Assembly (NCBI GenBank): GCA_048886185.1
Contig: JBHLKY010000032.1
Span: forward strand, 1 to 32,000
DNA length: 32,000 bases
Direction of reading: 5' to 3'
Source of the DNA: Candidatus Hermodarchaeota archaeon
Lineage (GTDB): Archaea; Asgardarchaeota; Heimdallarchaeia; Hodarchaeales; Hodarchaeaceae
In this document: one piece after another, positions 28,600 to 32,000 of the stretch
Layout of the letters: every line of letters begins with the position of its first letter
Numbering within the stretch: position 1 is the stretch's first letter
Program-made: the position numbers and the translations under genes
Notes under the pieces: generated by a model
Told to the model about the DNA's origin: nothing
The model's database searches: none
Seen by the model: only the letters and a program-made list of their open reading frames with translations

Positions 28600-29247
28600 T
28601 CGTCTGGTGCGTTTGATATAGGATTTATATTCATCACTAAACTCTTCTGAAAGTATTTTCTCCTCTTGATCCATTCGAGGCTTAATCAAGAGGAAACTGT
28701 AAAAAATACCCAATAATGGTACAATCAAACTCCGAAAAGCTAATTCGGTACCAAAACCTACCATAGCTCCACCAAGATAGATTGGATGTCGAATATATCT
28801 ATAAATTCCACGAGTTACAAGCTGGTGGTCATCTTCGATAACAAGCATTCCACTGCCATATTTTCCAAGTTGAATTCGACTAAAAACCTGAATAATTCCA
28901 CCAATAATTATAAAGATGATTCCAATAACAAATACAATGATATTATTCCAAATTGGAAAATAGTCTTTGATCAGTAATTGGTTTTCGATATAAGCTAGAA
29001 TAAAGATAAATGGGTTAATTAAGAATCCAATCATCAAAAGAAGTGAGTATTTGTTGGCAATTTCTTCTTTTTCTGAGAAAGGTCTTGAGAATGAATCGAT
29101 ATAAGCTACAATATACATAAGAATAATTGCTATATGACCAATATCACTGTAAATATCTGGTGAGAGAAGAATAAACCAAATATTGTAGTAAACTACATAC
29201 CACAGAGTGGGAAAGCCAATTTTTCTAATAACATGAATGGGCTTCAA
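28579..29247 (-). CDS. Isoprenylcysteine carboxyl methyltransferase (ICMT/PEMT) family membrane methyltransferase
   Basis: About 5-6 TMs, HQLVTRGIYRYIRHPIYLG, R...EEKIL...F.DEY..Y..RT.RLLPFIY. TTG start with GAGGT upstream. Its 3' end overlaps the convergent GH36 by 21 bp. Confidence 0.85.
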   Translation of the reverse strand: MKPIHVIRKIGFPTLWYVVYYNIWFILLSPDIYSDIGHIAIILMYIVAYIDSFSRPFSEKEEIANKYSLLLMIGFLINPFIFILAYIENQLLIKDYFPIWNNIIVFVIGIIFIIIGGIIQVFSRIQLGKYGSGMLVIEDDHQLVTRGIYRYIRHPIYLGGAMVGFGTELAFRSLIVPLLGIFYSFLLIKPRMDQEEKILSEEFSDEYKSYIKRTRRLLPFIY

Positions 29248-29264
29248 TTAATAGACCTCTATAA

Positions 29265-29288
29265 AGGTATAATCTCAGATTAATACCT
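29265..29288. promoter_or_regulatory. Near-perfect palindrome AGGTATAATCT-C-AGATT(A)ATACCT upstream of the ICMT-like gene
   Basis: 11-bp arms with one extra base, 18 bp upstream of the TTG at 29247, in a divergent intergenic region. Confidence 0.35.
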
Positions 29289-29547
29289 CTTAATTGAATG
29301 TTTATTTCCTATTATTATTTTTGCGTGATAGGTAAAGCTTTTAACCTCATGAAAAAGAAACCTATCTGCATGGAGAATCCAGGAATCTCTATGCTAAAAC
29401 TTGGTGTGATAAAATGAAATCTTCAATTGCTGTTGGAATGTGGTTTGAAAACAATGGCATTATTGTCACACACCCTAATTTTGCCTAAATATACAATTCT
29501 CAACTTTTCCTGGGAGTTTGAGACAGTAGAAGGAGGTTTTTACTAAG

Positions 29548-29667
29548 ATGTTCTGTGAAACTTGTGGTACAGTTCTCGATGTACACGGACAATGTGTAAA
29601 TTGTGAGAAGAACAAAGAATCAAAGACTGAAATACAAGTAGACCTAAGTATAGATATAGTAGGATGA
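29548..29667 (+). CDS. 39-aa zinc-ribbon microprotein (not in the ORF track)
   Basis: MFCETCGTVLDVHGQCVNCEKNKESKTEIQVDLSIDIVG. Pattern CxxCG-x8-CxxC, strong AAGGAGGT RBS 11 nt before the ATG, and the stop overlaps the next ATG (ATGA 29664-29667). Confidence 0.7.
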   Translation: MFCETCGTVLDVHGQCVNCEKNKESKTEIQVDLSIDIVG

Positions 29668-29900
29668 GATTAGTGATGGAGAATGATCCACGGTTCTGTT
29701 CAATTTGTAATAAACTACTATTAAAACGAGATCGATTCGGTTTTGTTTTAATAATCCGTTGTGATCAATGCAACAAATTAGTACATGATCGTTGTTATTT
29801 AGACCATCATTTAACACGCCATAATCTCATCGGGATTATAGTCGAATCTGAAGCGAAGAAGGAACTAAGTTCTTTCCTAGAGGATATAGGAAGTCCATAA
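29664..29900 (+). CDS. 78-aa two-zinc finger protein, B-box/PHD-like ligand spacing
   Basis: C12-x2-C15-x17-C33-x2-C36-x4-H41-x2-C44-x3-H48-x4-H53. Confidence 0.7.
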   Translation: MRLVMENDPRFCSICNKLLLKRDRFGFVLIIRCDQCNKLVHDRCYLDHHLTRHNLIGIIVESEAKKELSSFLEDIGSP

Positions 29901-30026
29901 TTGGGTTCATTCTTCTTTTTGTGTAATTTCAAAACGATAAAAACATCCTTCTCACAGCACAGTATTTTCCAAAAAATAACAGACATTATGAAAAAAAAAT
30001 AAGTTCGCCCTTAATGAGGACAATTT

Positions 30027-30878
30027 GTGTTAGTTATACAGATTTTTATATTGCTAGGTGCCATTATAGCTTCATATTTCATAGTAGTATTATGTATTAT
30101 GCAATTTTTAGCAAATTTTCCACGAAGATCAGTAGATGATAGCCCTGATTGGGGCTTTACTAAAGATCTGAGAATTCGGACTATCAATGGAAAAAAAATG
30201 GAATGCTGGGTTGTATACCCACAGAACAAAGAGGTAAATCATAAACCTGCGATAATTCTCATACATGGATGGGGAAGAAATAGAGGTCGCATGGTTTCTC
30301 GAGCCAGAATTTATGGCAAAAATGGATACATAACTATCTTAATTTCTGTAAGAGACCATGGAAATTCAGATAAAGAAATCACAGGCATGAGTATTGTAAG
30401 ATTCAGTCAAGATCTTGATTCTTGTGTAAGATGGTGGGGAAAACCTGTTATAATTTCTGGTCATTCAATAGGAGCTGGAGCTGCACTAATAGTAGCAGCC
30501 AAGAATCCTTTGATAAGGGCAGTGATAGCAGAAGCAACACCTTACGCTTTCCCCCATAGTCTTAAGTACGTTTATAGGCCAGTTTTAAAATGGTTAACGC
30601 CTTTATTTTTACCAGGTATCAAGATCCTGACTCTATTCAAGTTCAGAAGTTATTCAAAAGAGGATTTTTCTCCTTTGGATGCTGCTCCATTCATTAAAGT
30701 TCCAACTCTTCTAATCCACGGAAAAGATGATGTAATATTACCAAGTAAATATATACCTCTTCTCCAGAAAAAAATAATTGATTGTATAACCTGGATTCCT
30801 GAAAAAACAGATCATCACAATATAGAAGAACATCCAGAGTATAAGAATAGAGTTATTAGCTTTCTTGAAGCATTATAA
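30027..30878 (+). CDS. Alpha/beta hydrolase with an N-terminal membrane anchor
   Basis: ILIHGWG (oxyanion), RDHGNS, GHSIG (nucleophile elbow), LIHGKDD (Asp), DHH (His). GTG start with GAGG upstream. Confidence 0.9.
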   Translation: MLVIQIFILLGAIIASYFIVVLCIMQFLANFPRRSVDDSPDWGFTKDLRIRTINGKKMECWVVYPQNKEVNHKPAIILIHGWGRNRGRMVSRARIYGKNGYITILISVRDHGNSDKEITGMSIVRFSQDLDSCVRWWGKPVIISGHSIGAGAALIVAAKNPLIRAVIAEATPYAFPHSLKYVYRPVLKWLTPLFLPGIKILTLFKFRSYSKEDFSPLDAAPFIKVPTLLIHGKDDVILPSKYIPLLQKKIIDCITWIPEKTDHHNIEEHPEYKNRVISFLEAL

Positions 30879-30930
30879 ACATCGTTGCATTAGGAGTCTC
30901 TTTTAGTAATCATAAAATGGGTATTAACTT

Positions 30931-31422
30931 ATGAGAAACAATAAATTCATTACTTGGGTCATCCCAGGAAAGCTGGCAAGAAGTCCATTTCCACTCTTCC
31001 AAGAATTATCTACATTAGTTGAACTAAACATATTTTTAGTAATCAATCTAACCTCTCAGGGAATACCAAACAGACTTGGAAATCAACTAAGGGCTTCTGG
31101 TATTAGGATTAAACGTCTGCCAATCCCTGATTTTGGCACTCCTAATCAAAACACTATCAATCAGTACCTTCAAATGGTTTGTGAAACAATACTGCAGAAC
31201 CAAGCTGTTTTAACACATTGTATTGCTGGTTGTGGACGTACAGGAACAATGATTGGATTATTCTTAATTACCCATGGATACTCTCCCCTAGTTACTCTAG
31301 AGACCATTCATAAAATATTGGGTAAAGGGTGTCCAGAAACTGAAGAACAAATAGATCTACTTAAGCAATATAGAAAGAAATGTCCAAATTTCCGTCAGTG
31401 TAATGGTAAGATTTCAGCGTAG
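30931..31422 (+). CDS. Dual-specificity/protein-tyrosine phosphatase (CX5R), CDC14/CDKN3-like small archaeal type
   Basis: WVIPGKLA, PIPDFGTP (general-acid Asp loop), HCIAGCGRTG, ETEEQ. Confidence 0.9.
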   Translation: MRNNKFITWVIPGKLARSPFPLFQELSTLVELNIFLVINLTSQGIPNRLGNQLRASGIRIKRLPIPDFGTPNQNTINQYLQMVCETILQNQAVLTHCIAGCGRTGTMIGLFLITHGYSPLVTLETIHKILGKGCPETEEQIDLLKQYRKKCPNFRQCNGKISA

Positions 31423-31431
31423 GGGCAACTA

Positions 31432-32000
31432 ATGGTTATAAGGGTTCCTAATTCTCAGTTCAATTCCATATGTTATATCTTTGATGAACACCAGCACCTT
31501 AGGAACTTAATTGAAGCAATTCCTGCACTTCCAAGGGGTGAACTTTGGATTGATTCTTCAGATAATCCTTCAGTAGCTCTTTTTAAACTCCCTGGGATCC
31601 ATTTTTTAGGTGGAACACCGAATTCAAATGAAATAGAAAAAATATTAGATAAAATTCCTTCAAAACAAGCTATTTTTATTCCAACACAAGAAAAATGGAT
31701 TACAATCTTAAAAAGATATTTTAAGGATAAATTGAGAAGTTTCGATCGATTCGCACTTTCTGCTTCATCTTTAACAATAAATCATATCCATAATCTACGA
31801 AAAGAGCTTCCTTATGGATATCATATTAAACAAATCGATCATATAGATTGGAATCAGATAAGAACCTCAATAGGACATTATATTCATATATTTTTCAGAG
31901 ACATCGAACATTTCAAGACTTCAGGAAAAGGTTACTGTGTCAGGAATGATAATCGTGTAATCAGTATGGCTTCATCCCTAGTTCCAGTAACTAGGAGCCT
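31432..32000 (+). CDS. GNAT-family acetyltransferase, 3'-truncated by the window end (not in the ORF track)
   Basis: ATG at 31432 opens a frame with no stop to 32000: MVIRVPNSQF...GELWIDSSDNPSVALF...FRDIEHFKTSGKGYCVRNDNRVISMASS. The F..G.G.c......is.aSS segment precedes the acetyl-CoA motif in a known GNAT subfamily. Confidence 0.72.
   Translation, partial: MVIRVPNSQFNSICYIFDEHQHLRNLIEAIPALPRGELWIDSSDNPSVALFKLPGIHFLGGTPNSNEIEKILDKIPSKQAIFIPTQEKWITILKRYFKDKLRSFDRFALSASSLTINHIHNLRKELPYGYHIKQIDHIDWNQIRTSIGHYIHIFFRDIEHFKTSGKGYCVRNDNRVISMASSLVPVTRS

Noticed and set aside
4284-28977. Remaining short ORFs nested in or antisense to called genes (e.g. 4284, 4465, 8307, 8970, 9077, 12580, 12787, 16746, 17944, 21315, 21386, 23648, 25072, 25074, 26235, 26676, 27521, 27600, 27830, 28786)
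   Set aside because: They overlap well-supported genes and have no motifs or RBS. Treated as shadow ORFs.
17337-29247. DmdB plus MddA methanethiol/DMS pathway (acyl-CoA ligase plus ICMT-like gene)
   Set aside because: The ligase cannot be distinguished from generic AlkK-like enzymes by eye, the methyltransferase lacks MddA-type features that I recall, the genes are 10 kb apart, and there is no DmdC/DmdD.
29349-29488. Short plus-strand frames upstream of the zinc-finger pair (MKKKPICMENPG...; HEKETYLHGESRNL...MKSSIAVGMWF...)
   Set aside because: No RBS or motif, and a frameshift must be invoked to join them. Insufficient support.
30011-30229. 72-aa minus-strand ORF
   Set aside because: Antisense shadow of the alpha/beta hydrolase.
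1-32000. CRISPR arrays, tRNA/rRNA genes, IS elements, integrases, defence systems
   Set aside because: No regularly spaced 24-47 bp repeats, no cloverleaf or T-loop signatures in intergenic DNA, no GC-rich structural RNA segment, and no transposase, recombinase or nuclease motifs were seen by eye.

Overview
AT-rich, gene-dense archaeal window, most consistent with an Asgard archaeon (Heimdallarchaeia/Hodarchaeales-like). This attribution is an inference from a RagA/Gtr1-type small GTPase, Ig-repeat surface proteins with a C-terminal TM plus basic tail, many small Cys/His zinc fingers, and TATA/BRE-like promoters. I call about 28 protein-coding genes, two of them absent from the ORF track: a 39-aa zinc-ribbon microprotein at 29548-29667 and a GNAT truncated by the window end at 31432->32000. 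There is also a decayed zinc-ribbon/membrane pseudogene at about 3261-3600. Content: two ABC exporter modules (one with a divergent GbsR/MarR regulator), GH1 and GH36 glycosidases, a surface-anchored aryl-sulfate sulfotransferase, and a co-oriented six-gene run (PLP aminotransferase, two left-handed beta-helix acyltransferases, amidohydrolase, [4Fe-4S]-type APS reductase, acyl-CoA ligase). It also holds a membrane-bound plus soluble pair of PNPOx-like split-barrel proteins, an ICMT-family methyltransferase, an alpha/beta hydrolase and a CX5R phosphatase. No rRNA, tRNA, CRISPR array, transposase or integrase was seen. Best leads: (1) the 661-aa Rag-like GTPase whose roadblock domain appears replaced by a linker, a helical domain and a gapless 64-aa tandem repeat; (2) a translationally coupled pair of zinc-finger microproteins, one B-box/PHD-like; (3) a pseudo-methyltransferase-LpxD-like fusion inside a possible acyl-transfer/sulfur cluster; (4) a putative PNPOx heterodimer. 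All family assignments are from motif recognition, with no database searches.
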